The notes: generated by a model from the letters alone, not told the origin. 64,000 nt of DNA from an uncultured Brachyspira sp. (GCA_964581895.1 CAZOPR010000008.1:15903-79902), one strand, 5' to 3'; counted from the first letter of the stretch, positions 20,049-31,585 are shown. Made by a program: numbers and translations.

Positions 20049-22115
20049 ATGACTGAGAAGATTTCTTTAGAAAAATATAGAAATATTGGAATAATGGCTC
20101 ATATAGATGCAGGTAAAACTACAACCACTGAAAGAATTCTGTTTTATACTGGTAAAACATATAAAATAGGTGAAGTTCATGATGGTGCAGCTGAAATGGA
20201 TTGGATGATCCAAGAAAAAGAAAGAGGGATAACAATAACTTCAGCAGCAACAACTACTTTCTGGCTTGGACATAGAATAAATATAATTGATACTCCGGGA
20301 CATGTTGATTTTACAGCAGAAGTTGAAAGATCTCTTCGAGTTTTGGATGGAGCTTTAGCGGTTTTTTGTGCAGTCGGTGGAGTTGAACCACAAAGCGAAA
20401 CTGTATGGAGACAGGCTAATAAATATAAAGTTCCGAGAATCATATATGTCAATAAAATGGATAGAGTCGGTGCAGATTTTTTTGAAGTAGAGAAACAGGT
20501 AATTGAAAAATTAGGAGCAAAACCCGTCATTATTCAACTTCCAATTGGTAGTGAATCAAATTTCAAAGGTGTTATTGATTTGGTAAAAATGAAAGCAATT
20601 ATATGGGAATCATATGAAAGCAATTCCCCTTTTAATGAGCAAGAAATTCCTGACGAATATAAAGATATTGCAGAAGAATATAGAGAAAAATTACTTGACA
20701 CAGTATCAGAGCAGAATGATCTGGTTTTAGAAAAATATCTTTCTGGCAGTCAAATTTCTGAAGAAGAACTAAGAAAGTGTATAAGAAAAGGGACAATATC
20801 AATGGATTTTTATCCTATGATATGTGGATCTTCTTTTAAGAATGTTGGTATTCAGACTATGCTTGATTCTATTGTATACTATTTACCTTCCCCTTTAGAT
20901 ATTGCAGATGTTGAAGGTGTTCAACCAAAAACAAGAGATATTATAAAAAGAAAAGCTATCGAAACCGAACCTTTTTCGGGGCTTGCTTTTAAGATCATGA
21001 GTGATCCTTATATAGGAAAGCTTACATTTTTAAGAATATATTCTGGAAAAATTACCCAGGGAGATGAAGTATATAACTCTTCCAAAGAAAAAAATGAGAG
21101 AATCGGAAGAATTGTTTTAATGCATGCCAATAAAAAAGAAGAGATAAAAGAAGCAGCTGCTGGAGATATTGTCGGACTTATAGGAATGAAAAATACTCAA
21201 ACAGGTGATACTTTGTGTTCTCATCATGCACCGATAATACTTGAATCAATGGATTTCCCGGATCCAGTAATATCTGTAGCTATTGAACCGAAGACAAAGG
21301 CTGAGTATGATAAATTATCTATAGCTCTCGGAAAATTAGCTGAAGAAGATCCAACATTTAAAATAAATGTCAATGAAGAAACAGGGCAAACAATAATTCG
21401 AGGGATGGGAGAATTACATCTTGAAATAATTGTTGACAGAATAAAAAGAGAGTATAAAGTTGAGGCGAACATTGGAGCACCACAGGTTGCATACCGTGAA
21501 ACCATTCAGAAAAAAGTCAAATCTGAAGGTAAATACATAAGGCAATCAGGTGGGAAAGGCCAATATGGTCATGTAATAATTGAAGTTGAACCTCTTGAAA
21601 GAGGTAAAGGCTTTGAATTTGTAGATAAGATAGTTGCAGGAAGAATTCCAAAGGAATTTATACCTTCTGTTAAAAAAGGTATTGAATCAGCAATTGAAAA
21701 TGGAGTTCTTGGTAGCTATCCCGTTACAGACATACGTGTTAACTTGCTTGATGGTTCTTATCATGAAGTTGATTCTTCGGATTTAGCCTTTCAGATTGCA
21801 GCATCGATGGCTTTCAAAAATGCTTGCAAAGAGGCAGATCCAGTTCTTCTTGAACCAATAATGGCATTGGAAGTTATCATTCCAGAAGAATACCTTGGCG
21901 AAGTTATGGGAGACCTGAATAGCCGCAGGGGTAAAATTCATGGAATGATCGATTCGGTTAGTGGAAAAATCATAAAAGCCGAAGTGCCATTAAGTTCAAT
22001 GTTCGGTTACGCGACAGTCTTGCGCTCAAAGACACAGGGAAGAGGAACTTATACTATGATGTTAAGTCATTATAATGAAGTTCCACAATCCATTTTAAAA
22101 GAAATATTAAAATAA
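20049..22115 (+). CDS. fusA: Elongation factor G
   Basis: [37 protein letters not shown]; AAGGA RBS before ATG 20049. Confidence 0.99.
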   Translation: MTEKISLEKYRNIGIMAHIDAGKTTTTERILFYTGKTYKIGEVHDGAAEMDWMIQEKERGITITSAATTTFWLGHRINIIDTPGHVDFTAEVERSLRVLDGALAVFCAVGGVEPQSETVWRQANKYKVPRIIYVNKMDRVGADFFEVEKQVIEKLGAKPVIIQLPIGSESNFKGVIDLVKMKAIIWESYESNSPFNEQEIPDEYKDIAEEYREKLLDTVSEQNDLVLEKYLSGSQISEEELRKCIRKGTISMDFYPMICGSSFKNVGIQTMLDSIVYYLPSPLDIADVEGVQPKTRDIIKRKAIETEPFSGLAFKIMSDPYIGKLTFLRIYSGKITQGDEVYNSSKEKNERIGRIVLMHANKKEEIKEAAAGDIVGLIGMKNTQTGDTLCSHHAPIILESMDFPDPVISVAIEPKTKAEYDKLSIALGKLAEEDPTFKINVNEETGQTIIRGMGELHLEIIVDRIKREYKVEANIGAPQVAYRETIQKKVKSEGKYIRQSGGKGQYGHVIIEVEPLERGKGFEFVDKIVAGRIPKEFIPSVKKGIESAIENGVLGSYPVTDIRVNLLDGSYHEVDSSDLAFQIAASMAFKNACKEADPVLLEPIMALEVIIPEEYLGEVMGDLNSRRGKIHGMIDSVSGKIIKAEVPLSSMFGYATVLRSKTQGRGTYTMMLSHYNEVPQSILKEILK

Positions 22116-22164
22116 TTTTTTCTTATTTGTATAACAATAAGAATTTTTTGATTTTATGGATAAC

Positions 22165-22186
22165 AAGACAATTGTATTGTCTTTTT
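22165..22186 (+). terminator. Short hairpin with U tract after fusA
   Basis: AAGACAAT-TGT-ATTGTCTT followed by TTT. Confidence 0.45.
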
Positions 22187-22280
22187 AAATAAAAATGTTA
22201 TTGATTTTTATCAACCAGAAAAAAATAGTATTATGGGTTGATAAACATCTATTTTTTTATTATTTGAGGAGGAAATAAAA

Positions 22281-23498
22281 ATGGCAAAGGAAAAGTTTAA
22301 TCGAACCAAACCACACATGAATGTTGGTACTATAGGACATGTTGACCATGGTAAAACAACACTTACTTCTGCTATAACAAAATATTGTGCTGCATTAGGA
22401 AGAGCTGTCGCTAAAAAATATGATGAAATCGATAATGCTCCAGAAGAAAAAGCAAGAGGTATTACAATCAATACTCAGCATGTTGAGTATGAAAGTGAAA
22501 AAAGACACTATGCTCACATTGACTGCCCAGGGCATGCTGACTATATTAAAAACATGATCACAGGTGCTGCCCAGATGGATGGAGCAATACTTTTAGTTTC
22601 AGCAAATGAAGGACCTGAAGCTCAGACAAGAGAACATATCCTTCTTGCTAGACAGGTAAATGTTCCTTCAATAATTGTTTTCTTAAACAAGGTAGATATG
22701 GTTCCAGATCCAGAGCTTGTTGATCTTGCTGAAGAAGAAACTAGAGAACTTCTTACAAAGTATAATTTCCCTGGTAAGGAAATTCCTGTAATCAGAGGTT
22801 CTGCTTTAAAAGCTATGGAATATGAAGGAAATGATGTAAATTCTGAACCTTGGAAACCTATTGCTGCACTTTTAAAGGCAATGGATGAATATTTCCCAGA
22901 TCCTGTTAGAGATCTTGATAAACCTTTCTTAATGCCTATCGAAGATATATTCTCAATCAAAGGTAGAGGTACTGTTGTAACAGGTAGAGTCGATAGAGGT
23001 AGAATAAGAGTTAATGATAAAGTTGAAATCGTAGGTTTTGGTGAAACAAAAGAAACAGTTATTACTGGTGTAGAAATGTTTAGGAAAGAACTTGATGAAG
23101 GTTTAGCTGGAGATAATATCGGTCTTCTTTTAAGAGGTGTTGAAAAAGAAGAAGTTGAAAGAGGTATGGTTATAGCTGCTCCAAAAAGCATAACTCCTCA
23201 CAAAAAATTTGTTGCTCAGGTTTACATTCTTTCTAAGGAAGAGGGTGGTAGACATACTCAATTTGCTGTTGGCTATAGACCTCAATTCTATTTTAGAACA
23301 ACTGATGTTACTGGAACAATTGCAAAAATACAGAATGTTCAGACAAACGAAGAAGAGCAAACAGCTCAACCAGGACAAAACGTTCTTATGACTGTTGAAC
23401 TTATATATACTGTTGCTATGGAAAAAGGCTTAAGATTTGCTATCAGAGAAGGTGGAAGAACCGTTGGTGCTGGAGTTGTTGCAGAAATTATTGAATAA
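22281..23498 (+). CDS. tuf: Elongation factor Tu
   Basis: [37 protein letters not shown]. Confidence 0.99.
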   Translation: MAKEKFNRTKPHMNVGTIGHVDHGKTTLTSAITKYCAALGRAVAKKYDEIDNAPEEKARGITINTQHVEYESEKRHYAHIDCPGHADYIKNMITGAAQMDGAILLVSANEGPEAQTREHILLARQVNVPSIIVFLNKVDMVPDPELVDLAEEETRELLTKYNFPGKEIPVIRGSALKAMEYEGNDVNSEPWKPIAALLKAMDEYFPDPVRDLDKPFLMPIEDIFSIKGRGTVVTGRVDRGRIRVNDKVEIVGFGETKETVITGVEMFRKELDEGLAGDNIGLLLRGVEKEEVERGMVIAAPKSITPHKKFVAQVYILSKEEGGRHTQFAVGYRPQFYFRTTDVTGTIAKIQNVQTNEEEQTAQPGQNVLMTVELIYTVAMEKGLRFAIREGGRTVGAGVVAEIIE

Positions 23499-23503
23499 AT
23501 AAT

Positions 23504-23526
23504 TGTGGGGAGTTTATCTCCCCACA
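23504..23526 (+). terminator. 9-bp hairpin between tuf and rpsJ (no U tract; attenuator, processing site or S10 leader)
   Basis: TGTGGGGAG-TTTAT-CTCCCCACA. Confidence 0.55.
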
Positions 23527-23551
23527 TCTAATGTTATCCTGGAGGATATTT

Positions 23552-23863
23552 GTGAAAAGCACTAAAATTCGAATTAAATTGCAAGCTTATGATCATCTAA
23601 TTCTTGATAAATCTGCAGAAGAAATAGTTAAAACATTAAAAAAAGCTAAAGCATTCGTTAAAGGTCCAATACCTCTTCCGACTAAAATTAAAAGATATAC
23701 TGTTCTTCGCTCCCCTTTTATAAATATTGAAAGTAGAGAACAATTCGAGATTAGAATTCATAAAAGAATGATAGATATAATTGAACCTTCAGATGATGCG
23801 AAAAATGCTTTGATGAGTTTGGAATTACCTCAAGGCGTTTATGCAGAGGTCAAACAATTATAA
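23552..23863 (+). CDS. rpsJ: 30S ribosomal protein S10
   Basis: GGAGG before GTG 23552; [23 protein letters not shown]. Confidence 0.97.
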   Translation: MKSTKIRIKLQAYDHLILDKSAEEIVKTLKKAKAFVKGPIPLPTKIKRYTVLRSPFINIESREQFEIRIHKRMIDIIEPSDDAKNALMSLELPQGVYAEVKQL

Positions 23864-23904
23864 GTTTATAAAAAACAAAATTATAATTCAAAAGAGGTTA
23901 AATT

Positions 23905-24579
23905 ATGATGGGCTTAATAGGTAGAAAAATAGGCATGACAGAAATATTTGATGAATCTGGTAAGCAAATCCCTGTTACAGTAATTAGGGTTGGCCCATGT
24001 ACTGTTCTTGAAGTTAAAAATAAAGATACACATGGATATAATGCTATTAAATTAGGATTTGAAGAATTAAAGGAAAAGAAACTTAATTCCCCTAAAAGAG
24101 GATATTTTGATTCATTAAACATAAAATTGAAAGAACAAAATAAAGATATAAACATAGCTCCTAAAGCTATAGTTAGAGAATTTCGTATTAATGATAATGA
24201 ACTTTCTATAGAAGTAGGGCAAGACTTAGATGTTTCTATTTTTGAAAATATTAAATATGTTGATATTGTTGGTAAATCTAAAGGTAGAGGATTTACCGGT
24301 ATGGTTAAAAGATTTAACGCTAAAAGAGGTAAGATGACTCATGGTTCTAAATTTCATAGAGGTCTTGGTGGAACGGCCATGAGAGAACAACCAGGTAGAG
24401 TTTATCCTTTTAAGAAAATGCCAGGTCATTATGGGAATGAGCAGGTAACAGTTCAAAATTTAGAAGTTGTCAAGTTAATAAAAGATGAAAATATTATTTT
24501 AGTAAAAGGTGCTGTTCCTGGCGGTAAAAACAATCTGGTTCTTGTTAAAAAATCAATTAAAAAAATAGAAAATAAATAA
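23905..24579 (+). CDS. rplC: 50S ribosomal protein L3
   Basis: GRKIGMT, SKGRGFTG, KKMPGHYG, VKGAVPG. Confidence 0.98.
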   Translation: MMGLIGRKIGMTEIFDESGKQIPVTVIRVGPCTVLEVKNKDTHGYNAIKLGFEELKEKKLNSPKRGYFDSLNIKLKEQNKDINIAPKAIVREFRINDNELSIEVGQDLDVSIFENIKYVDIVGKSKGRGFTGMVKRFNAKRGKMTHGSKFHRGLGGTAMREQPGRVYPFKKMPGHYGNEQVTVQNLEVVKLIKDENIILVKGAVPGGKNNLVLVKKSIKKIENK

Positions 24580-24610
24580 GATTATTCCTTAAGAAGGAAG
24601 GGAAAAAACT

Positions 24611-25312
24611 ATGCAAGTTACAATTTATTCGCTTGAAAATAAACCAAAAGAAGAGATTCAAGTATCAGATTTAATGTTTAATTCCAAGGTAAATAACTAT
24701 CTTATTTGGCTTGCTGTTACTGTAGAAGAAGCAAATAAAAGAGCAGGCACAGCTGATACTAAGACAAAAGCAGAAGTTACTGGATCTGGTGCTAAACCAT
24801 GGAGACAGAAAGGAACAGGTAGAGCAAGAGTTGGTACAAAAAGAAACCCTGTCTGGCGAAAAGGCGGTGTTGCTTTTGGTCCACATCCAAGATCTTTTAG
24901 AAAAAAGATAAATAAAAAAATGAAGAAATTGGCTTATATTTCTCTTTTCTCTTTAAAGATGAAAAAAAAACAGATTAAGATAATTGAAGATATTTTAATT
25001 GAAAATTCAAAAACAAAATCATTGTTAAATGTATTAAAACCATTTAATATTAAAAATAACACTGTTCTAATTTATGGTGACAAGAAATTTATGAATGATG
25101 TCAATGAAAATCAAGTATTAACAATTTCTGAGAATGATAGAAATATAAAATCTGCTTCTAGAAATTTAGAAAATATTACTACTCTTCATTGGAATAATTT
25201 GACAGCAAAAGATATTTTTTATGCAAAAGAAATTCTTGTAACAGCAAGTGCTTTACATTATCTTGAGGAGAAATATCTTCCAATGGTTACAACAAAAGTT
25301 AGTTCGGTATAG
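24611..25312 (+). CDS. rplD: 50S ribosomal protein L4
   Basis: KPWRQKGTGRAR, GGVAFGP. Confidence 0.98.
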   Translation: MQVTIYSLENKPKEEIQVSDLMFNSKVNNYLIWLAVTVEEANKRAGTADTKTKAEVTGSGAKPWRQKGTGRARVGTKRNPVWRKGGVAFGPHPRSFRKKINKKMKKLAYISLFSLKMKKKQIKIIEDILIENSKTKSLLNVLKPFNIKNNTVLIYGDKKFMNDVNENQVLTISENDRNIKSASRNLENITTLHWNNLTAKDIFYAKEILVTASALHYLEEKYLPMVTTKVSSV

Positions 25313-25354
25313 AAAAATTGCAAAATAAAAGATAGTAATTAGAAGGATAAAAAT

Positions 25355-25648
25355 ATGAAACTTGAATATCATAATATTATTTACAAGCCAGCTTTTAATG
25401 AAAAATCTACAAATTTACAAGGGCAAAACAAATATACCTTCTATATTCATCAAGATGCAAATAAAAAAATGGTGGCTGAAGCTGTAAGTAATCTTTTTAA
25501 TGTTAAAGTTATTAATGTCAACATAGTAAATTTACCTAGAAAAGCAAAACAAAGAGACAGATTTCATCCTGGATTTACAAATTTCAGGAAAAAAGCGATT
25601 GTTACAATTGCAAAAGGACAACAGATTAAAGAACTGATTGTAGAATAG
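25355..25648 (+). CDS. rplW: 50S ribosomal protein L23
   Basis: [23 protein letters not shown]; S10 operon order. Confidence 0.93.
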   Translation: MKLEYHNIIYKPAFNEKSTNLQGQNKYTFYIHQDANKKMVAEAVSNLFNVKVINVNIVNLPRKAKQRDRFHPGFTNFRKKAIVTIAKGQQIKELIVE

Positions 25649-25658
25649 TGAGGTTATC

Positions 25659-26480
25659 ATGGGATTAAAGAGTTATAGACCTGTTACACCAGGACAAAGA
25701 TTTAAAACATCATTAGATTTTTCTGAGATTACTAAAGATAAGCCCTATAAAAAATTGACTGTATATATTCCGGAAAAATCTGGAAGAAATAATTTGGGTA
25801 GAGTTACAATGCGAAGAAGAGGTGCCGGTCATAAAAGATGCTACCGAATTATTTCTTTTAATAGAAATATGTTTGATCAAATAGCAAAAGTTGAGTCAAT
25901 TGAATATGATCCAAATAGAACAGCAAGAATTGCATTAATTTGCTATCAAAATGGAATTAGAAGATATATTTTAGCACCTGATGGAATTAAAGTAGGTGAT
26001 AAAGTAACAGAAGGAGAAAATGCTCCTATAAAACCGGGAAACGCTCTTCCTTTGAATAAAATTCCTGTTGGTACTTTAATACATAATGTTGAAATGAATC
26101 CTGGTAGAGGTGGACAACTAGCTAGGGCAGCTGGAGCTTTTTGCCAGCTTTCAGGTTTTGAAAAAGATTATGCGATTTTAACAATGCCATCTGGTGAAAT
26201 AAGATATGTTTTATCAAGATGTTATGCGACTATTGGAGTGGTTTCTAATATAGATCAAAAGAATGTAGTTATAGGTAAAGCAGGTAGAAATAGATGGCTT
26301 GGTAAAAGGCCAAAAGTTAGAGGTGTTGCTATGAACCCTGTTGACCATCCTATGGGTGGTGGAGAAGGAAGAGGGAAAGGGAATCATCCTCAATCTCCTT
26401 GGGGAACACCTGCTAAAGGTTATAAAACAAGAAAGAAAAAGAATCGTTCTGATGTTTTTATAATTAAAAGACGCAAGTAA
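25659..26480 (+). CDS. rplB: 50S ribosomal protein L2
   Basis: [29 protein letters not shown]. Confidence 0.99.
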   Translation: MGLKSYRPVTPGQRFKTSLDFSEITKDKPYKKLTVYIPEKSGRNNLGRVTMRRRGAGHKRCYRIISFNRNMFDQIAKVESIEYDPNRTARIALICYQNGIRRYILAPDGIKVGDKVTEGENAPIKPGNALPLNKIPVGTLIHNVEMNPGRGGQLARAAGAFCQLSGFEKDYAILTMPSGEIRYVLSRCYATIGVVSNIDQKNVVIGKAGRNRWLGKRPKVRGVAMNPVDHPMGGGEGRGKGNHPQSPWGTPAKGYKTRKKKNRSDVFIIKRRK

Positions 26481-26500
26481 ATGATTTTAGGAGATAAAAT

Positions 26501-26785
26501 ATGTCACGCTCAATAAAAAAAGGACCATATGTTGAAAATAGTCTTTTCAAAAAAATAACAGAACTTTCTAAAAGTTCTACCGCTCAAAGAACCGTAAAGA
26601 CATGGTCGAGAGAGTCAACTATTATACCAGAGATGATTGGTTTTACAATTAATGTATATAATGGCAAGAAGTTTGTTCCTGTTTTTATTACAGAACATAT
26701 GATCGGACATAAATTAGGTGAATTTGCACCTACCAGATTGTTTAAAGGTCATAGAAGTTCTGAAAAAGTTGCTCAGGCTAAGTAG
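26501..26785 (+). CDS. rpsS: 30S ribosomal protein S19
   Basis: [23 protein letters not shown]. Confidence 0.99.
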   Translation: MSRSIKKGPYVENSLFKKITELSKSSTAQRTVKTWSRESTIIPEMIGFTINVYNGKKFVPVFITEHMIGHKLGEFAPTRLFKGHRSSEKVAQAK

Positions 26786-26806
26786 TAAATTTAAAGGAAT
26801 AGTTAT

Positions 26807-27187
26807 ATGAAATCAAGAGCAATAGAAAAATTTATAAGAGTTTCACAAACAAAAGTTTTAAGGTATTCTAGAGAAGTACCCCCTGGAATGCTTGTAAATG
26901 ATGCTATAAACAAATTAACTTTTGTTAACACTAAAGGTGCTAAAGTATTAAAAAAAGCTTTGGAATCAGCTAAAGCAAATATGATAAGCATGGCTACAAC
27001 TCATAATATAGATGTTGATGATTCAAATTTCACAGTTGAAAAAATTTCTGTATTAAAGGCTCCAACTTATAGAAGGCTTCGAAGAAGAGGTAGAGGTCAT
27101 GCTGATGTTATTTCAAAAAGAAATTCACATATTTTTGTTGAAATATCTGATGAAAGAGTGAAAAAGGATCAAGCAAGGGGGAACTAA
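26807..27187 (+). CDS. rplV: 50S ribosomal protein L22
   Basis: KALESAKANM, ISKRNSHIFV; operon position. Confidence 0.93.
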   Translation: MKSRAIEKFIRVSQTKVLRYSREVPPGMLVNDAINKLTFVNTKGAKVLKKALESAKANMISMATTHNIDVDDSNFTVEKISVLKAPTYRRLRRRGRGHADVISKRNSHIFVEISDERVKKDQARGN

Positions 27188-27868
27188 ATGGGTCAAAAGG
27201 TAAATCCTGTAGGTTTACGACTTGGTATATCAACAGATTGGCAGTCAAAATGGGTTGCAAAGTTTAATCATGAAGATTATGCTAAAAAGCTTGTTGAGGA
27301 TCAAGAAATTAGATCTTTTATAAATAAAAAATTAAAAGATGCTGCTATTTCAAAAATTGAAATTATTAGAGAAATAGATATTTTGAAAATAATTATTCAT
27401 ACAGCAAGGCCAGGAGTAGTCGCAGGTCAGAAAGGTAAAACAATAGAAGATTTAAGACAGAACTTAGTTAAAAAAGTTATTAAAACTGTAAAACCTGATA
27501 ATGTTAGAATTTCAATTCAAGAAGTTAGAGAAAGATACACATCGGCAGTTCTTGTTGGAGAAAGCATCAAAACCGCTATTGAAAGCAGAGCAAATTACAA
27601 AAAGGCTATTAAAAAAGCTATGGAAAATGCTATGAAAAGCGGTGCTCTTGGTGTTAGAGTAAAAGTTTCTGGAAGGCTAGGTGGTGCTGAAATCGCGCGA
27701 ACCGAACAATTTGCTGACGGTCAGATACCTTTATCTACATTAAAAGCAAAGATTGATTATGCAGTTTCAGAAGCTCTTGTAACTCTTGGTATTATTGGGA
27801 TAAAAGTATGGATATATCTTGGAGATGTAGATAACAAGAAAGGAGATACTCATGCTACAACCCGCTAG
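27188..27868 (+). CDS. rpsC: 30S ribosomal protein S3
   Basis: MGQKVNPVGLRLG, HTARPG, SGRLGGAEIAR. Confidence 0.98.
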   Translation: MGQKVNPVGLRLGISTDWQSKWVAKFNHEDYAKKLVEDQEIRSFINKKLKDAAISKIEIIREIDILKIIIHTARPGVVAGQKGKTIEDLRQNLVKKVIKTVKPDNVRISIQEVRERYTSAVLVGESIKTAIESRANYKKAIKKAMENAMKSGALGVRVKVSGRLGGAEIARTEQFADGQIPLSTLKAKIDYAVSEALVTLGIIGIKVWIYLGDVDNKKGDTHATTR

Positions 27869-28277
27869 AACAAAATATAGAAAACAACAAAGAGGTAGAA
27901 ACAAAGGCGAAGCTACAAGAAATAATAAGATCGCCTTTGGTGATTATGCTCTTGTGGCTTTAGAAAATGGTTATCTTACACCAAATCAGATTGAGTCTGC
28001 AAGAATAACAATTACAAGAAATGCAAAAGGTGCTGTAAAGTTATGGATTAAGATTTTCCCTGATATTCCTTATACCAAAAAGCCTCTTGAAACAAGAATG
28101 GGTAAAGGTAAAGGTGCTGTTGATCATTATGTTGCTAGAATCAAAAAAGGTGCAATACTTTATGAATTAGGTGGTCAGATAAGCGAATCTGATGCTTTGG
28201 AAGCATTAAAACAGGCATCATTTAAATTACCCATCAAATGTAGAATTATTAAAAGAAACATTTTGACAGGGGTTTAA
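27852..28277 (+). CDS. rplP: 50S ribosomal protein L16
   Basis: MLQPARTKYRKQQRGR, ETRMGKGKG. Confidence 0.99.
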   Translation: MLQPARTKYRKQQRGRNKGEATRNNKIAFGDYALVALENGYLTPNQIESARITITRNAKGAVKLWIKIFPDIPYTKKPLETRMGKGKGAVDHYVARIKKGAILYELGGQISESDALEALKQASFKLPIKCRIIKRNILTGV

Positions 28278-28279
28278 AA

Positions 28280-28480
28280 ATGAAAAAAGCAATGGCTGAT
28301 ATTATCAATGCAAAAAATGAAGAGATTATCAATATACTAAATGAACTATCTAGAAAACTAGTTGACCTAAGAATAAAAGCAGAATATGGAGAAGTTAAAG
28401 ATACTTCCCAGATTAAAAAAATAAAAAAACAAATAGCTAGATATAAAATGATACTTCATCAAAGAGGCATATCACTATAA
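28280..28480 (+). CDS. rpmC: 50S ribosomal protein L29
   Basis: [15 protein letters not shown]; position. Confidence 0.92.
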   Translation: MKKAMADIINAKNEEIINILNELSRKLVDLRIKAEYGEVKDTSQIKKIKKQIARYKMILHQRGISL

Positions 28481-28485
28481 GGAGT

Positions 28486-28752
28486 ATGGTAATGGAAAAA
28501 AAGCAGTCTCATAGAAAATATTTTCAAGGCTTAGTTGTTTCAGATAAAATGGATAAGACTATTGTAGTTAAAGTCGAAACCTTGAAAATGCATCCTATTT
28601 ATAAAAAATATGTTAAAAAATGGAAAAAATATAAAGTTCATGATGAAAAGAATATTGCAAAAGTTGGTGATGTTGTTCTTATTGGTGAAACAAGACCACT
28701 TTCAGCAACAAAATATTTTGAACTTATAGAAATAGTTAAAAAACAAGGATAA
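28486..28752 (+). CDS. rpsQ: 30S ribosomal protein S17
   Basis: [24 protein letters not shown]. Confidence 0.98.
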   Translation: MVMEKKQSHRKYFQGLVVSDKMDKTIVVKVETLKMHPIYKKYVKKWKKYKVHDEKNIAKVGDVVLIGETRPLSATKYFELIEIVKKQG

Positions 28753-28766
28753 GAAAGAGGTGTACC

Positions 28767-29135
28767 ATGATTCAGCAAGAGACAATACTAAAGGTTGCTG
28801 ATAATAGCGGCGCCAAATTATTAAAGTGTATCAAGGTTTTGAATCATTCAAAAATTAGATATGCTTATGTTGGAGATATTATTGTTTGCTCTGTTTTCGA
28901 AGCGATCCCAAATTCTAATATAAAAAAAGGTCAAATTGTAAAAGCCGTTATTGTTAGAACAAAAGATGTAATAAAAAGACCAGATGGTTCATGTATTAGA
29001 TTTGATGAGAATGCAGCATGTATTGTAGATAAAGATAAAAATCCTATTGGGACTCGTATTTTTGGACCGATTGCTAGAGAGCTTAGAGATAGGGATTTTG
29101 CAAAAATCATTTCTCTTGCTCCAGAGGTTCTATAA
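28767..29135 (+). CDS. rplN: 50S ribosomal protein L14
   Basis: [27 protein letters not shown]. Confidence 0.99.
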   Translation: MIQQETILKVADNSGAKLLKCIKVLNHSKIRYAYVGDIIVCSVFEAIPNSNIKKGQIVKAVIVRTKDVIKRPDGSCIRFDENAACIVDKDKNPIGTRIFGPIARELRDRDFAKIISLAPEVL

Positions 29136-29140
29136 GTGAG

Positions 29141-29458
29141 GTGGCTATGAAAATTAAAATTAAAAAAGATGATAATGTTCTTGTTATAGCTGGAAGAGAT
29201 AAGGGAAAGAAAGGTAAAGTTATTGCTGTTTATCCTGATGCTAATAGAGTTTTAATTGCAAATGTTAATCTCAGAAAAAAAACTATTAGGCAACAAGATC
29301 AGATGATGGATAAAAACTTTGCTGAAAGAGAAGTTCCTATACATATATCAAATGTTATGGTAATTTGTCCACATTGCAAAAAACCAGCAAGACTTGGAAG
29401 AAGAAGCGAAGAAGATCATAAAAGATATTGTCGAAAATGCGGTAAAGATATAGACTAG
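29141..29458 (+). CDS. rplX: 50S ribosomal protein L24 (C-terminal CxxC…CxxC)
   Basis: VIAGRDKGKKG KOW, PIHISNV. Confidence 0.97.
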   Translation: MAMKIKIKKDDNVLVIAGRDKGKKGKVIAVYPDANRVLIANVNLRKKTIRQQDQMMDKNFAEREVPIHISNVMVICPHCKKPARLGRRSEEDHKRYCRKCGKDID

Positions 29459-29481
29459 TTTAATAAGGAAGAGGTAAAAAT

Positions 29482-30021
29482 ATGGCTCAACTAAAAGAAA
29501 AATATAAAAAAGAAGTTATTCCAGTTCTTAAAGAAAAATTTAACTACTCTTCCATAATGGAAGTGCCAAAAATCGAAAAAGTTGTTTTGAATGTAGGTGT
29601 CAGCGAAGCTGTCATAGATAGAAAATTTGTTGATGAAGCAATAAAAGATATTGAAAAAATTGCTGGTCAAAAAGCAGTAAAAACAAAAGCTAAAAAATCT
29701 ATCAACCAATTTAAAGTCAGACAGGGTCAAGAGTTGGGTGTTAAGGTTACTCTTAGAAAAGAAAGAATGTGGGAATTCCTTTATAAATTTATCAATGTTG
29801 CTTTACCTCGAATAAGAGATTTCAAAGGTATAGCTGTAAAAGGTTTTGATGGTAAAGGGAATTTTACGTTAGGAATAAAAGAACATACAATCTTCCCTGA
29901 AATTGAATTTGAATCAACTGAAAAAATTAGAGGTCTTTCTATTACAATTGTTACAACTGCAAAGACTGATGCAGAATGTAAAGAATTACTCGCAGCTTTG
30001 GGTGTTCCATTTAGGAGGTAA
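29482..30021 (+). CDS. rplE: 50S ribosomal protein L5
   Basis: VPKIEKVVLN, ALPRIRDFKG, IFPEI. Confidence 0.99.
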   Translation: MAQLKEKYKKEVIPVLKEKFNYSSIMEVPKIEKVVLNVGVSEAVIDRKFVDEAIKDIEKIAGQKAVKTKAKKSINQFKVRQGQELGVKVTLRKERMWEFLYKFINVALPRIRDFKGIAVKGFDGKGNFTLGIKEHTIFPEIEFESTEKIRGLSITIVTTAKTDAECKELLAALGVPFRR

Positions 30022-30025
30022 TTAA

Positions 30026-30211
30026 ATGGCAAGAAAAGCAATGATTGAAAAATCTAAAAGAAAACCAAAATATGAGATTAGAAAGCATAATAGATGCAGG
30101 ATATGCGGTAAACCCCGAGCATATTATAGAGATTTTGGGATTTGTCGTATTTGTTTAAGAAAATTAGCAGGTGAAGGTAAAATCCCTGGATTAAAAAAAG
30201 CTTCATGGTAA
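30026..30211 (+). CDS. rpsN: 30S ribosomal protein S14, type Z (Zn-binding)
   Basis: RCRICGKPR…CRICLR…GLKKASW. Confidence 0.98.
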   Translation: MARKAMIEKSKRKPKYEIRKHNRCRICGKPRAYYRDFGICRICLRKLAGEGKIPGLKKASW

Positions 30212-30221
30212 GGAGTGGTAA

Positions 30222-30626
30222 ATGTATTCAGATCCAATTAGCGAAATGACTACTAAAATTTATAATGCCCAGGTGGCTAATAAGCCAGATGTAACAATCA
30301 GCTATTCTAAAATGAAAGAATCAATATTAAATATTTTGAAAGATAAGGGTTTTGTTCAGGATTTTTCTATCGAATCATATACATCAAACTCAGATATTAA
30401 ACAAATTCATGTTGTATTAAAATATACATCTGATAGAAAACCTGTCATAAATGGTATTAAAAGAGTTTCAAAACCTTCTAGAAGAGTATATCATTCGGTA
30501 GAAGATATTAAACCAATTATGAATGGTTTTGCAGTTGGGATCTATTCCACAAATAGAGGGATTTTAACTGATAAACAAGCAAAAAAAGAAAATATCGGTG
30601 GAGAATATCTTTTTTATATATGGTAA
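30222..30626 (+). CDS. rpsH: 30S ribosomal protein S8
   Basis: DPISEM, RVSKPSRRVY, GGEYL. Confidence 0.97.
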   Translation: MYSDPISEMTTKIYNAQVANKPDVTISYSKMKESILNILKDKGFVQDFSIESYTSNSDIKQIHVVLKYTSDRKPVINGIKRVSKPSRRVYHSVEDIKPIMNGFAVGIYSTNRGILTDKQAKKENIGGEYLFYIW

Positions 30627-30657
30627 AAAATGAAACATATGAAATTAGGAGATTAGT

Positions 30658-31209
30658 ATGTCTCGATTAATAAAAAAACCTATAATCATACCTTCAAATG
30701 TTAAATTATCTATTCAAAATGATGGTAATTTTTATAAAATTGAAGCAAAAGGTCCCAAAGGGACAGTTACAAAAAATATTAGAAATGATGTTGAGATCAA
30801 GCAAAATGGTTCAAATTTGACATTCGCTTATAATGGCAATGATATTTCTAAAAAGCCGATGTTAGGTACAACTTATAGAATTCTCAGCTCAATGATAGAA
30901 GGAGTTGTTAATGGATATACAAAGACTTTAACTCTTTTTGGAGTTGGGTATAAAGCGGCATTAAAAGGTAAAAACATTGAATTTGAAATAGGCCTTTCTC
31001 ATCCTGTTATTTTCCCATTGCCTTCAAATGTAGATGTGAAAATTGAACAAACAAAATTAATTTTCTCAAGCTGTGATAAGGAAATTTTAGGTTTAACTGT
31101 TCAAAAAATAAGAGATCTTAAAAAACCTGATGTTTACAGAGGAAAAGGTTTTAGATTTGAAGGTGAAAATCCAATTCGTAAAACTGGTAAGAAAACAGCT
31201 GCTAAATAA
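30658..31209 (+). CDS. rplF: 50S ribosomal protein L6
   Basis: GPKG, GVGYKA, PDVYRGKGFR. Confidence 0.98.
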   Translation: MSRLIKKPIIIPSNVKLSIQNDGNFYKIEAKGPKGTVTKNIRNDVEIKQNGSNLTFAYNGNDISKKPMLGTTYRILSSMIEGVVNGYTKTLTLFGVGYKAALKGKNIEFEIGLSHPVIFPLPSNVDVKIEQTKLIFSSCDKEILGLTVQKIRDLKKPDVYRGKGFRFEGENPIRKTGKKTAAK

Positions 31210-31231
31210 AAGCTTTTAAGGAGCAATAGGT

Positions 31232-31585
31232 ATGATTGATAAAATTGAAATTAAAAAAGAAAGAAGAATTAGAAGAAGATTTAGAAGTAAGAAAAAAATA
31301 ACTGGAACTGAATCTCGACCAAGACTTGTGGTTTACAGAAGCAATTTGTATCTTTACGCACAAATAGTTGATGACACTAAAGGTTTTACTATTTTAGGCT
31401 ACTCAACTAAGAAATTGGGAAGACCATGCAATGTTAAAATTGCAGAAAAATTTGGTGAAGAATTCGGGAAAGTTCTTGTAGAAAAAGGTATTCAAAAAGT
31501 TATTTTTGATAGAAATGGCTTTTTATATCATGGTAAAATAAAGGCGTTTGCCGATGCTGTTCGAAAAGCTGGAATTATTTTTTAG
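31232..31585 (+). CDS. rplR: 50S ribosomal protein L18
   Basis: RPRLVVYRSN, FDRNGFLYHGKIKAFADA. Confidence 0.98.
   Translation: MIDKIEIKKERRIRRRFRSKKKITGTESRPRLVVYRSNLYLYAQIVDDTKGFTILGYSTKKLGRPCNVKIAEKFGEEFGKVLVEKGIQKVIFDRNGFLYHGKIKAFADAVRKAGIIF

Noticed and set aside
22622-23191. 189-aa antisense ORF inside tuf, and similar shadows in rpoB, rpoC, fusA, rpsE/rpmD (31747-32292) and DUF4097 (47349-47849)
   Set aside because: Antisense shadows of strongly codon-biased conserved genes; no recognisable motifs
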